A DNA stretch of 45,938 bases, from assembly GCA_035497095.1 (NCBI GenBank), contig DATJEA010000248.1, positions 1 to 45,938 of the forward strand. Reading direction: 5' to 3'. The notes beneath the pieces were generated by a model, which ran no database searches, was not told where the DNA came from, and saw only the letters and a list, made by a program, of their open reading frames with translations. The position numbers were made by a program, and so were the translations under genes. The DNA comes from Acetobacteraceae bacterium (GTDB lineage Bacteria > Pseudomonadota > Alphaproteobacteria > Acetobacterales > Acetobacteraceae). Position 1 is the first letter of the stretch. Every line of letters begins with the position of its first letter. Shown here piece after piece: positions 1-8,212 of the stretch.

Positions 1-15
1 TGCCGTCTTCGGGAC

Positions 16-1083
16 TCATGACATGGCCTCCTGCAGACGTGGATAGGTGCGGCGGGGGTTGTCGACCAGCACGCGGCGGCGCGCTGCTTCGGGAAAGCCG
101 GCGGGGAACGCCTCGGTGCCGTCGAACTGGGCGTGCGGGTAGTCGGTGGAGAACAGCAGCATATCGTCGCTGCCGATCTGCTCCAGCACCACCGCCATGT
201 CGGCGGGGTCCGGCGGCGCGTCGGTGGGTTGCAGGGTAAAGCGAATATGCTCGCGCATGATCTCGGCCGGCGGGCGGTCCACCCAGGGCACCTCGGCGCG
301 CACGCCGCGCCAGGTCTTGTTGGCCCGCCACATGAAATTCGGCAGCCAGGTGAAGCCGGTCTCGATGCCGACCACCTTCAGCGTGGGGAACTTGGCGAAC
401 ACGCCCTCGTGGATCAGGTTCAGGATCTGCGACTGGAAGGCCTGCGCGTTCAGCGCGTAGTCCTCCAGATGGTAGGAGGGCCAGCCGTTGCTGCTGGTGG
501 CGTGGCGCGCGGCGCTGCCGGCATGCACGCCGATCGCCAGGCCGTGCCGTTCGGCGGCGGCGTAGATCGGCCAGTAGTGCCGGCGGCCCAGCGGCGCGTC
601 GCCCATCGCCAGGAACAGCACCTGGACGAAGCGCTTATCGGCGGCCAGCCGCTCTATCTCGTCCACCGCGAGTTCGGCGTTCTCCACCGCGACGGTCATC
701 GAGGCGCGCAGCCGGGGCTCGCGGTCCAGCCATTCGGCGATCAGCCAGTCATTGATCGCCCGCGCCACCGCGGCGGCGAAATGGTCGTTGAACAGCGCCT
801 GCGCGCCATAGAGCGGGTTGCAGATCGCCAGCTGCGAGCCGAAGCCATCCAGCGCCTGGGCTTGGAGCATCTCCAGGCTGCTGCCCGGCTTGCCTTTTGC
901 CGGCCGCCAGTCGGCACGGCCATGCGCCGGCACGCGCGACGGGAAGCTGGCGAGATCGAGCCCGTCGATACCGCGGACGGTGATCTGTTCGCGCCAATAG
1001 GGCTCGAAATACGGCAGCAACGCCGTCAGGCCCGGCACCGCGGGATGCACGTCGCAATCGATGCCACCAACGGTCGCGCTCAT
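16..1083 (-). CDS. Amidohydrolase-2 family metal-dependent hydrolase/decarboxylase (ACMSD/PF04909-like)
   Basis: 355-aa ORF. It has the N-terminal IDCDVHP motif and the C-terminal STDYPH motif typical of the amidohydrolase_2 family. Codon use is GC3-rich. It lies 69 nt downstream of the RND pump gene on the same strand. Confidence 0.7.
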   Translation of the reverse strand: MSATVGGIDCDVHPAVPGLTALLPYFEPYWREQITVRGIDGLDLASFPSRVPAHGRADWRPAKGKPGSSLEMLQAQALDGFGSQLAICNPLYGAQALFNDHFAAAVARAINDWLIAEWLDREPRLRASMTVAVENAELAVDEIERLAADKRFVQVLFLAMGDAPLGRRHYWPIYAAAERHGLAIGVHAGSAARHATSSNGWPSYHLEDYALNAQAFQSQILNLIHEGVFAKFPTLKVVGIETGFTWLPNFMWRANKTWRGVRAEVPWVDRPPAEIMREHIRFTLQPTDAPPDPADMAVVLEQIGSDDMLLFSTDYPHAQFDGTEAFPAGFPEAARRRVLVDNPRRTYPRLQEAMS

Positions 1084-1152
1084 GAAACTTCCTTCCCGGA
1101 GCAGCGAGGCTACACGCCGGGCGAGACTGCGTCCACTGCCGCCCGACGCCGC

Positions 1153-4100
1153 CTAATCGGCCGCTGCGGTGCCCATTTTGTCGGCGAGCGTCGGCAGGGT
1201 GCGGCTGCGGGTGGGGGACAGCCAGTGTTGCAGGCGCTCCAGATACAGATAGATCACCGGGGTGGTGTAGAGCGTCAGCACCTGGCTCACCATCAGCCCG
1301 CCGACCATCGCGAAACCCAGCGGGCGGCGCAGTTCGGAGCCGGCGCCGGTGCCGAGCATCAACGGCAGGCCGCTGAACATCGCGGCGAAGGTGGTCATCA
1401 TGATCGGCCGGAAGCGCAGCAGGCAGGCCTGGCGGATGGCGGCCCCCGGGGTCTGGCCGTCGCGGCGCTCGGCGGTGATGGCGAAATCGACCATCATGAT
1501 ACCGTTCTTTTTCACGATGCCGATCAGCAGCAGGATGCCGATGATGGCGATCACCGACAGGTCGTAGTGGAACAGCATCAGCATCAACAGCGCGCCGACA
1601 CCGGCCGAGGGGATGGTGGACAGGATGGTCAGCGGCAGGATGTAGCTTTCGTACAACACGCCAAGGATGATGTAGACCGCAATGATCGCCGCGGCCAGCA
1701 GATAGGGCTGACTGGACAGCGAGGCCTGGAATGCCTGCGCGGTGCCCTGGAAGGTGGCTTGCAGCGAGACCGGCGTGCCGAGCTCGCGCATCGCCTTGTT
1801 GACCGCGGTGACCGCGTCGCCGAGCGCCGCACCCTGCGCCAGGTTGAACGACAAGGTAACGGCGGGGAATTGGCTCTGGTGGTTGATCGACAGCGGCGCC
1901 ACGGTGCCGGGATCCACCGTGACGAAGGTGGAAAGCGGCACCGCCTGTCCGCTGCTCGACCGCACGTAGAGCTGGCTCAGCACCGACAGGTCACGCTGTA
2001 GATGCGGCAGCACCTCCAGGATGACGCTGTAGGTGTTGACCTGGGTGAAATACTGGGTCACCGGGCGCTGGCCGAGCGCGTCGTACAATGTATCGTCGAT
2101 CGCCTGCGGCGAGATGCCGAAGCGGGCGGCGGCGTCGCGGTCGATCTTGAGTGTCGCCGTGGTGCCGCCGTCCTGCTGGTCGGTGGCGACGTCGCGCAGC
2201 ATCGGCACGCTGCGCAGCTTGGCCAGCACCTTGGGCGCCCAGGCATAGAGTTCATGCGCATCGGCGTCCTGCAGCGTGTACTGATACTGGGTTTTCGAGG
2301 CGCGGCCGCCGACCCGGATATCCTGCGAGGCCTGCAGGAACAGTTGCGCGCCCTCGATCCTGGCCAGCTTCGGCCGCAGCCGGGCGATCACCTGGTCGGC
2401 CGTGGCGGTGCGCTCGCTGAACGGCTTCAGCGCGATGAAGAAGCGACCCTCGTTGCCGGTGCGTCCACCGACACCGGACCCCATGCTGGAGGAATAGGCG
2501 GCGATCGCCGGGTCGCTGAGCAGCACCTGGCCGAGCGCATCCATCCGCTTCTCCATCTCCTGGAACGAGATGTCCTGCGCCATCTGCGAGGTGCCGATCA
2601 GCACGCCGGTGTCCTGCTGCGGGAAGAACCCCTTGGGGATGATGACGAACAGGAAGCCGGTGAGGCAGACGGTGGCAAGGAACACCATCAGCGTGATGAA
2701 ACTATGCTTCAGCGCCCGTTCCAGCGAGCGCCGATAGCCGTTCAGCGCCGCATTGAAAATGCCCTCGATCACCCGGTACGGCAGGCTGTGCGGCCCATGA
2801 TCCTGGCGCATGAAGCGCGAGCACATCATCGGTGTGAGGGTAAGCGAGACGATGCCGGAGACGACGACGGCGATCGACAGGGTCATCGCGAATTCGCGGA
2901 ACAGCCGGCCGATGATGCCGCTCATCAGCAACAGCGGGATGAACACCGCCACCAGCGAGCAGGTCATCGAGACGATGGTGAAGCCGATCTCGGACGCCCC
3001 TTTCAGGGCCGCCTCCATCGGTCGGTCGCCGGCCTCGATATGGCGGTAGATGTTCTCCAGCACCACGATCGCGTCGTCGACCACGAAGCCGACCGCGATG
3101 GTGAGCGCCATCAGCGAGATGTTGTCCAGGCTGTAGCCCATCACATACATCACCGCGAAGGTGCCGATCAGCGCAATCGGCACGGTGATGCTGGGGATGA
3201 CGGTGGCCCAGAAATTGCGCAAAAACAGGAAGATCACCATCACCACCAGGCAGATGGTCAGCAGCATGGTGAACTGCACATCATCGACCGAGGCGCGGAT
3301 GGTCTGGGTGCGGTCCATGATCTGCGAGACTTCGATCGATGGCGGGATCGAAGCCTTGAGCCGCGGTAATTCCGCCTCGATCCGCCCCACGGTATCGATC
3401 ACGTTGGCGTCCGGCTGCTTGAAGATCACCAGTTGCACGCCGCGCTTGCCGTTCTGGTAGCCGGCGACGCGCAGATTATCCGCCGCCTCCACCGCCTGCC
3501 CGACGTCGCGCACCCGCACCGGGGCGCCGTTGCGATAGGCGAGGATCAGGTTGTTGTAGTCGGACGGCTTGGTGATCTGGTCGTTGGCGTAGATGGTATA
3601 GCTCCGCTGGCTGCCGTCGATCGTCCCTTTCGGGCTGTTGGCGGTGGCCGTCGCGATGGTGCTGCGCGCATCCTCCAGCGTGAGCCCCATCGCCGCCAGC
3701 TTGGAGGGGTCGAGCTGCACCCGGATGGCGCGGTTCTGCTGGCCGCTGATGAACACCTGCGCCACGCCGCTGATCTGGCTGATCTGCTGCGCGAGGATGT
3801 TGTTGGCATAGTCGTTGACATCGATCAGCGGCATCTCGTCGGACTGCACCGCCAGAATCAGGATCGGGCTGTCGGACGGATTGGATTTCCAGAACGTCGG
3901 CGGGTTCGGCAGATTGCGCGGCAGCGAGCCGGCGGCCGCCGTGATCTTGGCCTGGATGTCGAGCGCCGCGGCATCGATGTTGCGGTTGAGGTCGAACTGC
4001 ACGGTAATCGCGGTCTGCCCGAGCACGCTCACCGAGGTCATCTGGTCGACGCCGGCAATCTGCGCGAAGCGGCGCTCCAGCGGCTGGGCGACCGCGGTCG

Positions 4101-4278
4101 CCATGGTCTCCGGGCTGGCGCCGGGGTAGCTCACCTGCACCTGGATGGTCGGAAAATCGACCTGCGGCAATGGCGCCACCGGCAGCAGCGGGTATGCCGC
4201 GATGCCTGCCAGCATGATCGCCGCCATCAGCAGCGAAGTCCCGACCGGGCGGCGAATGAAAGGGGCCGAAATGCTCAT
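1153..4278 (-). CDS. RND efflux pump inner-membrane permease (AcrB/MdtB/MdtC family)
   Basis: About 1040 aa. The N-terminus MSISAPFIRRPVGTSLLM is the canonical RND start, and two large periplasmic loops plus 12 TM-like segments are visible. I chose the ATG at 4278; the ORF track extends to a TTG at 4293. Confidence 0.9.
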   Translation of the reverse strand: MSISAPFIRRPVGTSLLMAAIMLAGIAAYPLLPVAPLPQVDFPTIQVQVSYPGASPETMATAVAQPLERRFAQIAGVDQMTSVSVLGQTAITVQFDLNRNIDAAALDIQAKITAAAGSLPRNLPNPPTFWKSNPSDSPILILAVQSDEMPLIDVNDYANNILAQQISQISGVAQVFISGQQNRAIRVQLDPSKLAAMGLTLEDARSTIATATANSPKGTIDGSQRSYTIYANDQITKPSDYNNLILAYRNGAPVRVRDVGQAVEAADNLRVAGYQNGKRGVQLVIFKQPDANVIDTVGRIEAELPRLKASIPPSIEVSQIMDRTQTIRASVDDVQFTMLLTICLVVMVIFLFLRNFWATVIPSITVPIALIGTFAVMYVMGYSLDNISLMALTIAVGFVVDDAIVVLENIYRHIEAGDRPMEAALKGASEIGFTIVSMTCSLVAVFIPLLLMSGIIGRLFREFAMTLSIAVVVSGIVSLTLTPMMCSRFMRQDHGPHSLPYRVIEGIFNAALNGYRRSLERALKHSFITLMVFLATVCLTGFLFVIIPKGFFPQQDTGVLIGTSQMAQDISFQEMEKRMDALGQVLLSDPAIAAYSSSMGSGVGGRTGNEGRFFIALKPFSERTATADQVIARLRPKLARIEGAQLFLQASQDIRVGGRASKTQYQYTLQDADAHELYAWAPKVLAKLRSVPMLRDVATDQQDGGTTATLKIDRDAAARFGISPQAIDDTLYDALGQRPVTQYFTQVNTYSVILEVLPHLQRDLSVLSQLYVRSSSGQAVPLSTFVTVDPGTVAPLSINHQSQFPAVTLSFNLAQGAALGDAVTAVNKAMRELGTPVSLQATFQGTAQAFQASLSSQPYLLAAAIIAVYIILGVLYESYILPLTILSTIPSAGVGALLMLMLFHYDLSVIAIIGILLLIGIVKKNGIMMVDFAITAERRDGQTPGAAIRQACLLRFRPIMMTTFAAMFSGLPLMLGTGAGSELRRPLGFAMVGGLMVSQVLTLYTTPVIYLYLERLQHWLSPTRSRTLPTLADKMGTAAAD

Positions 4279-4323
4279 GCTGTCTCGCAACAACCGAAGG
4301 GACGGATCAGGCGGCAGGCAGGC

Positions 4324-5496
4324 TCAACTGTTATTCTTGGTAGCGACAATGCTCACCCGGGTGCCCTGGCGCAGCCGCGACTGGCCATTGACCACCACTT
4401 TCGCGCCGGTTTCCAACCCCTTGGCAATCACCGCCACATGGCCGTCATCCTCGGCCAGCTCGACGGTTTGCGCCACCACCGTCGAATCCGGCTGCACCAG
4501 GTAGACGAAGCGCCGCCCCTGCGCATGCTGCACCGCAACCGACGGCACCGTCAGCACATTCTTGCGGGTGCCCACCAGCACCTCGGCATTGACGAACTGG
4601 CCGGGCCAGAGCTTGTCATCGGCGTTGTCGAACAGCGCCTTCAGCTTGATGGTGCCGCTGCTGGGGTCGATCGCATTATCCACCGTCAGCAGCGTGCCGG
4701 TGCTGAGCCTGGTGGTGTTGTCTGCGGCGAAAGCGGTCACCGGCACGCCGCCGCCGCCGGCCCGGCTTCGCGCCAGCGCCGCCTGGACGGCAGGCAACTG
4801 CTGCTGCGGCAGCGAGAACACCACGGCGATCGGGTGGATCTGGCTGATCGTGACGATGCCGACGCCCGAGGTGTCGGCGAAGCGGACCACCGTGCCCGGG
4901 TCCATCTGGCGCAGGCCCATCCGGCCGTCGAACGGCGCGCGAATGGTGCAGTAGTCGACATTCAGCTTGGCCGCATCAATCGCCGCCTGGTCGGATTTGA
5001 GCTGCGCGGTCAGTTGCGTCACCGTCGCCGCCTGGGTGTCCACCGTGGCCTGCGGCGCGAAGCTGCGCTGCGCCAGTTGGATCGAGCGATTGAGGATCCG
5101 CTTGGCATCCGCCAGTTGCGCCTGGTCGGCGGCCAGCTTGGCGTTGGCCTGCTCCAGCGCCGCCTGGTATGGCCGCGCGTCAAGCTGCACGATCGGGGTG
5201 CCGGCCTTCACCTCCTGGCCCTCGGTGAACAGGAGCTTTTCTATGATGCCGTCGACCCGCGTGCGGATCAGCACCGACTGGTTGGCCTGCACGGCGCCGA
5301 TATTGCGCAGCTCGATCGGCAGATCCTGGCGCACCGCCTCGGCAACGCTGACCGGCACGCCTTCCGCACCGCCCTGTGAACCACCTTGTGCCCGGGCCGT
5401 GGCCAAAGGAAATGCCGCCATCGTCGCCAATGGCAGCATCAATAGCGTCAGCATGCCGAGACGCGGCAGCTTTGGCCTGGAAAACAGACGGATCAA
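4324..5496 (-). CDS. RND efflux periplasmic adaptor (membrane-fusion protein, MdtA-like)
   Basis: 390-aa ORF with a signal or anchor sequence, coiled-coil hairpin segments (AKLAADQAQLADAKR, AQLKSDQAAIDAAKL) and a beta-barrel C-terminus. It lies 30 nt upstream of the RND permease. The start is uncertain: TTG at 5496 or ATG at 5454. Confidence 0.85.
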   Translation of the reverse strand: MIRLFSRPKLPRLGMLTLLMLPLATMAAFPLATARAQGGSQGGAEGVPVSVAEAVRQDLPIELRNIGAVQANQSVLIRTRVDGIIEKLLFTEGQEVKAGTPIVQLDARPYQAALEQANAKLAADQAQLADAKRILNRSIQLAQRSFAPQATVDTQAATVTQLTAQLKSDQAAIDAAKLNVDYCTIRAPFDGRMGLRQMDPGTVVRFADTSGVGIVTISQIHPIAVVFSLPQQQLPAVQAALARSRAGGGGVPVTAFAADNTTRLSTGTLLTVDNAIDPSSGTIKLKALFDNADDKLWPGQFVNAEVLVGTRKNVLTVPSVAVQHAQGRRFVYLVQPDSTVVAQTVELAEDDGHVAVIAKGLETGAKVVVNGQSRLRQGTRVSIVATKNNS

Positions 5497-5948
5497 GGGC
5501 GTGCGATCCTCATGGCCGGCAGGTTTTCATGAAAGCGCAGGGGCGACCGGGCAAGCCGACTGCATTGCCGCGCCGGGCCGCTGGCGGCGCGCTGTGGTGC
5601 GGCGCCGCTGCGATTGACCAGCCGTAAGGCAGACCGCGGCTATCACGATCGAATCACCTCATCGCACGTTTTCGTGGTATTCTGCAACGCCATCTTCACG
5701 GTGTTACGCGGATGAAACCCGCACCGCGGCGGCGCCATCGCCGGGACTCAGATCGCTTCAAGAATTTTACGATGTAGCTTTAATATCGAACAGCAATCCA
5801 TTGGCCGCCGCGGCAATATTGCGGTCAGATCAGCCGATCGCTCCCGATATCGGCACCCGGTTCATTCTGCGTTTGACGCCTCCGATCGCGATTGGATATG
5901 TTTCCGCTTCTGAACCGACCAGGAAACTATGGGCGGAAGGGGCATCGG

Positions 5949-6650
5949 ATGGGGAAATTTGTCCGCGGCTTGCTCGGTGTGCTGGGTTTCCTGATCGGCA
6001 TCGCGCTGATCGCCTGGGCCGGCCTGATGATCCAGGATTCACGCCATTTCCTGGCCACCGCCAAGACCACCACCGGCGTCGTCACCGATCTGCGGCTGGC
6101 CATCTCTCCCCGCTCCGCCCGTTTCTGCCCGATCGTGCGCTACACCGCCGAGGGCGCGGCGCATACCATCATCGGCCACGGCGGCAGCAATCCGCCGGCC
6201 TATTCGATCGGCGACGCGGTCGAGGTGATCTACCCGCCGGGCCACCCGCAGGCCGGCCGGCTCAGCGATTTCATCGATTTGTGGATGCTGCCGCTGATCC
6301 CCTGCGACCTCGGCCTGGTGCCGGTGCTGGCGACGCTGGGAACCGTGATCGCCACCCGCCGCCGCGGCCTCGCCAACAGCCCGCTGCACACCGGCCGGCG
6401 GATCGAGGCCAAGGTGACCGAGGTGGCCACCGACACCACCATGCAGCGCGACGGCATCCACCCGTTCCGCATCGAGGCTCAGTGGCTCGACCCCAGCATC
6501 AACCAGATCCGCCTGTTCAAGAGCGACCGCATCTGGTTCAACCCGACCGACTACATGCCGCCGGGCGGGAGAATCGGCGTGTTCATCGACCCGACCAACC
6601 CGAAGAAATATCACGTTGATATTTCGTTCATGCCCAAGCTGGCAACGTAA
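5949..6650 (+). CDS. DUF3592-like membrane protein with two beta-rich repeats separated by TM helices
   Basis: An N-terminal TM helix (LLGVLGFLIGIALIAWAGL) is followed by TTGVVTDL...CPIVRYTA...GDAVEVIYPP. A second TM region and a second similar beta-rich module (IEAKVTEV...IGVFIDPTNPKKY) follow. The ATG at 5949 is preceded by GGAAGGGG; the ORF track begins at TTG 5892. Confidence 0.6.
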   Translation: MGKFVRGLLGVLGFLIGIALIAWAGLMIQDSRHFLATAKTTTGVVTDLRLAISPRSARFCPIVRYTAEGAAHTIIGHGGSNPPAYSIGDAVEVIYPPGHPQAGRLSDFIDLWMLPLIPCDLGLVPVLATLGTVIATRRRGLANSPLHTGRRIEAKVTEVATDTTMQRDGIHPFRIEAQWLDPSINQIRLFKSDRIWFNPTDYMPPGGRIGVFIDPTNPKKYHVDISFMPKLAT

Positions 6651-6702
6651 GCAATATCCTGATCGTCTGAAGACCCGAAATCTGCCCGGTGTCGGCTTTC
6701 GC

Positions 6703-6807
6703 CAGGCAGGATTCACAACAAGACGTAGAGACTGAGAGCAGCAAGCGAAGAAGATTCTCTTCTTCTTCTTCCTCTTCGCCTCTACGTCTCTTTGTGAATC
6801 CTGCCTG
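6703..6807. repeat. 105-bp inverted repeat with 28-nt arms and a nested purine/pyrimidine hairpin in the loop
   Basis: CAGGCAGGATTCACAACAAGACGTAGAG (6703-6730) pairs with CTCTACGTCTCTTTGTGAATCCTGCCTG (6780-6807) with 2 mismatches. The loop contains GAAGAAGA-TTC-TCTTCTTC (6747-6765) and a pyrimidine-only run of about 23 nt. It lies between convergent genes. Confidence 0.8.
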
Positions 6808-6864
6808 CTTGCCCGCCATCAGCGAACCGCGCCGCCGATGGCAGACTTTCAGATTCTCAGTCGA

Positions 6865-6998
6865 ACAGAGTAAAGAGTCTTCCGCTTTCAAAAAGAAGCA
6901 AAAACTTCAATCCATGAAGTCGAGTCGCGGAGTCCCCGCACACCCCAACGAATAAAAAGTTTTTTTGCTTCTTTTTGTTCACAAAAAGAAGACCTTAC
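6865..6998 (-). repeat. MITE-like AT-rich nested-palindrome element, copy 1 (full length, left module degenerate)
   Basis: The right end is GTTTTTTTGCTTCTTTTTGTTCACAAAAAGAAGACCTTAC and abuts the TAA stop (6999-7001) of the TPP beta-subunit gene. The left end is GTCTTCCGCTTTCAAAAAGAAGCAAAAAC. The GC-rich centre is GTCGCGGAGTCCCCGC. Confidence 0.85.
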
Positions 6999-7610
6999 TT
7001 AACTCGGCGCGACCCCCAAAGCCGCCCGAAACCGCGTGGTAAGATACGCCCCGTCGCGCGGCGGCAGGAAGCGGGTCACGTCCTCGGGCGAGATGCGGAT
7101 GGTGGCGAACAGCGCCTCGCGGCGCAGCCGGGGGCGCAAAGCCTCGACGCTCGGCATGTCGGTGACGATTTCAGCGGCACTCCAGCCGCAGGCGCGCGCC
7201 ATTGCCGCCAGGTCGGCGCCGAGTGCGGTATGGCTGGACTGGTGGCCGGTCTCGGCGAACTGGCCGTTGTCCAGCACCGCGATCGACAGGTTCGGCCGTT
7301 TGGCGGCAGCGACGGTGGCCAGCGAACCGAGGCCCATCAGCATCTCGCCGTCGCCGGTGATCACCAGCACGCGGCGCTTCGGCTGCGCGATGGCAAGGCC
7401 GAGCCCGATCATCAGCGCGCCGCCCATCGCGCCCCACAGATAGAAGTTCTCCGGCCGATCGCCGGCGGCACCGGCGTCATAGGTGGTGGAGCCGAGGCCG
7501 GTGACTACCAGCAACTCGCCGCCCGGGGTATCGGCGGTGTCCCGCAGCAGGCTCGCCACCACCTGGCGGCGATCCAGCAATGCATTGGCAAGATTGTTCA
7601 TTTCACCCAC
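6999..7610 (-). CDS. Thiamine-diphosphate-dependent decarboxylase, beta subunit (ComE-like; sulfopyruvate/phosphonopyruvate decarboxylase family)
   Basis: 203 aa. It carries the canonical TPP-binding motif GDGEMLMGLGSLATVAAAKRPNLSIAVLDNG (GDG-N25-N). Its size matches split ComE-type subunits. It overlaps the upstream alpha-subunit gene by 13 nt. Confidence 0.75.
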   Translation of the reverse strand: MGEMNNLANALLDRRQVVASLLRDTADTPGGELLVVTGLGSTTYDAGAAGDRPENFYLWGAMGGALMIGLGLAIAQPKRRVLVITGDGEMLMGLGSLATVAAAKRPNLSIAVLDNGQFAETGHQSSHTALGADLAAMARACGWSAAEIVTDMPSVEALRPRLRREALFATIRISPEDVTRFLPPRDGAYLTTRFRAALGVAPS

Positions 7611-8116
7611 ACCTTGGCCCCGATCAGGCGTTGCGACAGCAGCACGGCCACCGGAATCGCGCAGTCATAGGCGAGCCTGGCGCTGGCGGCGACCAGTTCC
7701 ACCACCTCGTCGGCCCGCTCGGCGCGGCGGATATGCACGCCGGCGGCCTGCAACACCGGCCCGGTGCTGCTGCCCATCGGCACCTGCCACGGGTTGAACT
7801 CGCCCCATTCGCCGCGCATCGTCACCAGGGTGAACAGCGGCATGCGGCAATGGATCGGCAGCGACAGCATGTTGATGGTGTTGCCGACGCCGCTCGACTG
7901 CATCAGCAACACGGCGCGGCTGCCGCCGAGATGCGCGCCGGCAGCCATCGCGACGCCCTCCTCCTCGGTGGTGAGCACCACCGCGGTCATCTCCGGGTCG
8001 GCATGGCTGCGGTCGATCAGCCGGGAGTGGCCGGCATCGGGCACGTAGCCCACCTGCCGCACGCCGGCATCTTTCAGGGCGGCATAGACACCGTCCTGCC
8101 AAGGTTCAGTGGTCAT
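7598..8116 (-). CDS. Thiamine-diphosphate-dependent decarboxylase, alpha subunit (ComD-like, pyrimidine-binding domain)
   Basis: 172 aa. The TTEEEGVAMAAGAHLGG...LLMQSSGVGN pattern is typical of the N-terminal PYR domain of TPP enzymes. Its size matches ComD. It is translationally coupled to the beta subunit. Confidence 0.75.
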   Translation of the reverse strand: MTTEPWQDGVYAALKDAGVRQVGYVPDAGHSRLIDRSHADPEMTAVVLTTEEEGVAMAAGAHLGGSRAVLLMQSSGVGNTINMLSLPIHCRMPLFTLVTMRGEWGEFNPWQVPMGSSTGPVLQAAGVHIRRAERADEVVELVAASARLAYDCAIPVAVLLSQRLIGAKVWVK

Positions 8117-8129
8117 GAGGGTACTCCTT

Positions 8130-8149
8130 CTGCGGGCATCTTCCCGCAG
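8130..8149. promoter_or_regulatory. Perfect 7-bp inverted repeat CTGCGGG-N6-CCCGCAG in a divergent promoter region
   Basis: It lies in the 96-bp interval between the divergent TPP-alpha (start 8116) and acyl-CoA dehydrogenase (start 8213) genes. It sits immediately upstream of the alpha-subunit Shine-Dalgarno sequence on the minus strand. Confidence 0.25.
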
Positions 8150-8212
8150 CCTGCCTTGCGCGCAATCCCCCCCCGCCGTAATCCAGTGCGATCAGATGCT
8201 GCCGAGGACCGC

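Noticed and set aside
5630-5720. A possible tRNA or small RNA in the AT-richer region upstream of the efflux operon (GATCGAATCACC resembles a T-loop).
   Set aside because: No acceptor-stem complementarity, no GTTCRANYC T-loop consensus, and no cloverleaf could be drawn.
6667-6684. A hammerhead-ribozyme-like core: CTGAAGA...GAAA, with CTGAGAA...GAAA on the opposite arm.
   Set aside because: Only 3 nt separate the CUGANGA and GAAA boxes, so there is no room for stem II. The opposite-arm copy has A instead of the invariant G8.
6628-6955. ORFs of 87-88 aa inside the 348-bp convergent intergenic region: 6628-6891 on the minus strand and 6689-6955 on the plus strand.
   Set aside because: They are translations of the palindromes and repeats, giving poly-Glu or poly-Ser from the purine/pyrimidine tract. 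They have no ribosome-binding site, atypical codon use, and mirror each other on opposite strands.
7580-8212. N-terminal extensions in the ORF track, such as 7580-9385, 10142-11503, 10957-13233, 18303-19505, 20302-21999, 22446-23870, 29795-31474, 31941-33155 and 42059-42874.
   Set aside because: - The extensions overlap upstream genes or run into repeat elements.
- Internal starts give canonical family N-termini or signal peptides.
- Those internal starts produce ATGA/TGATG coupling with the preceding gene.
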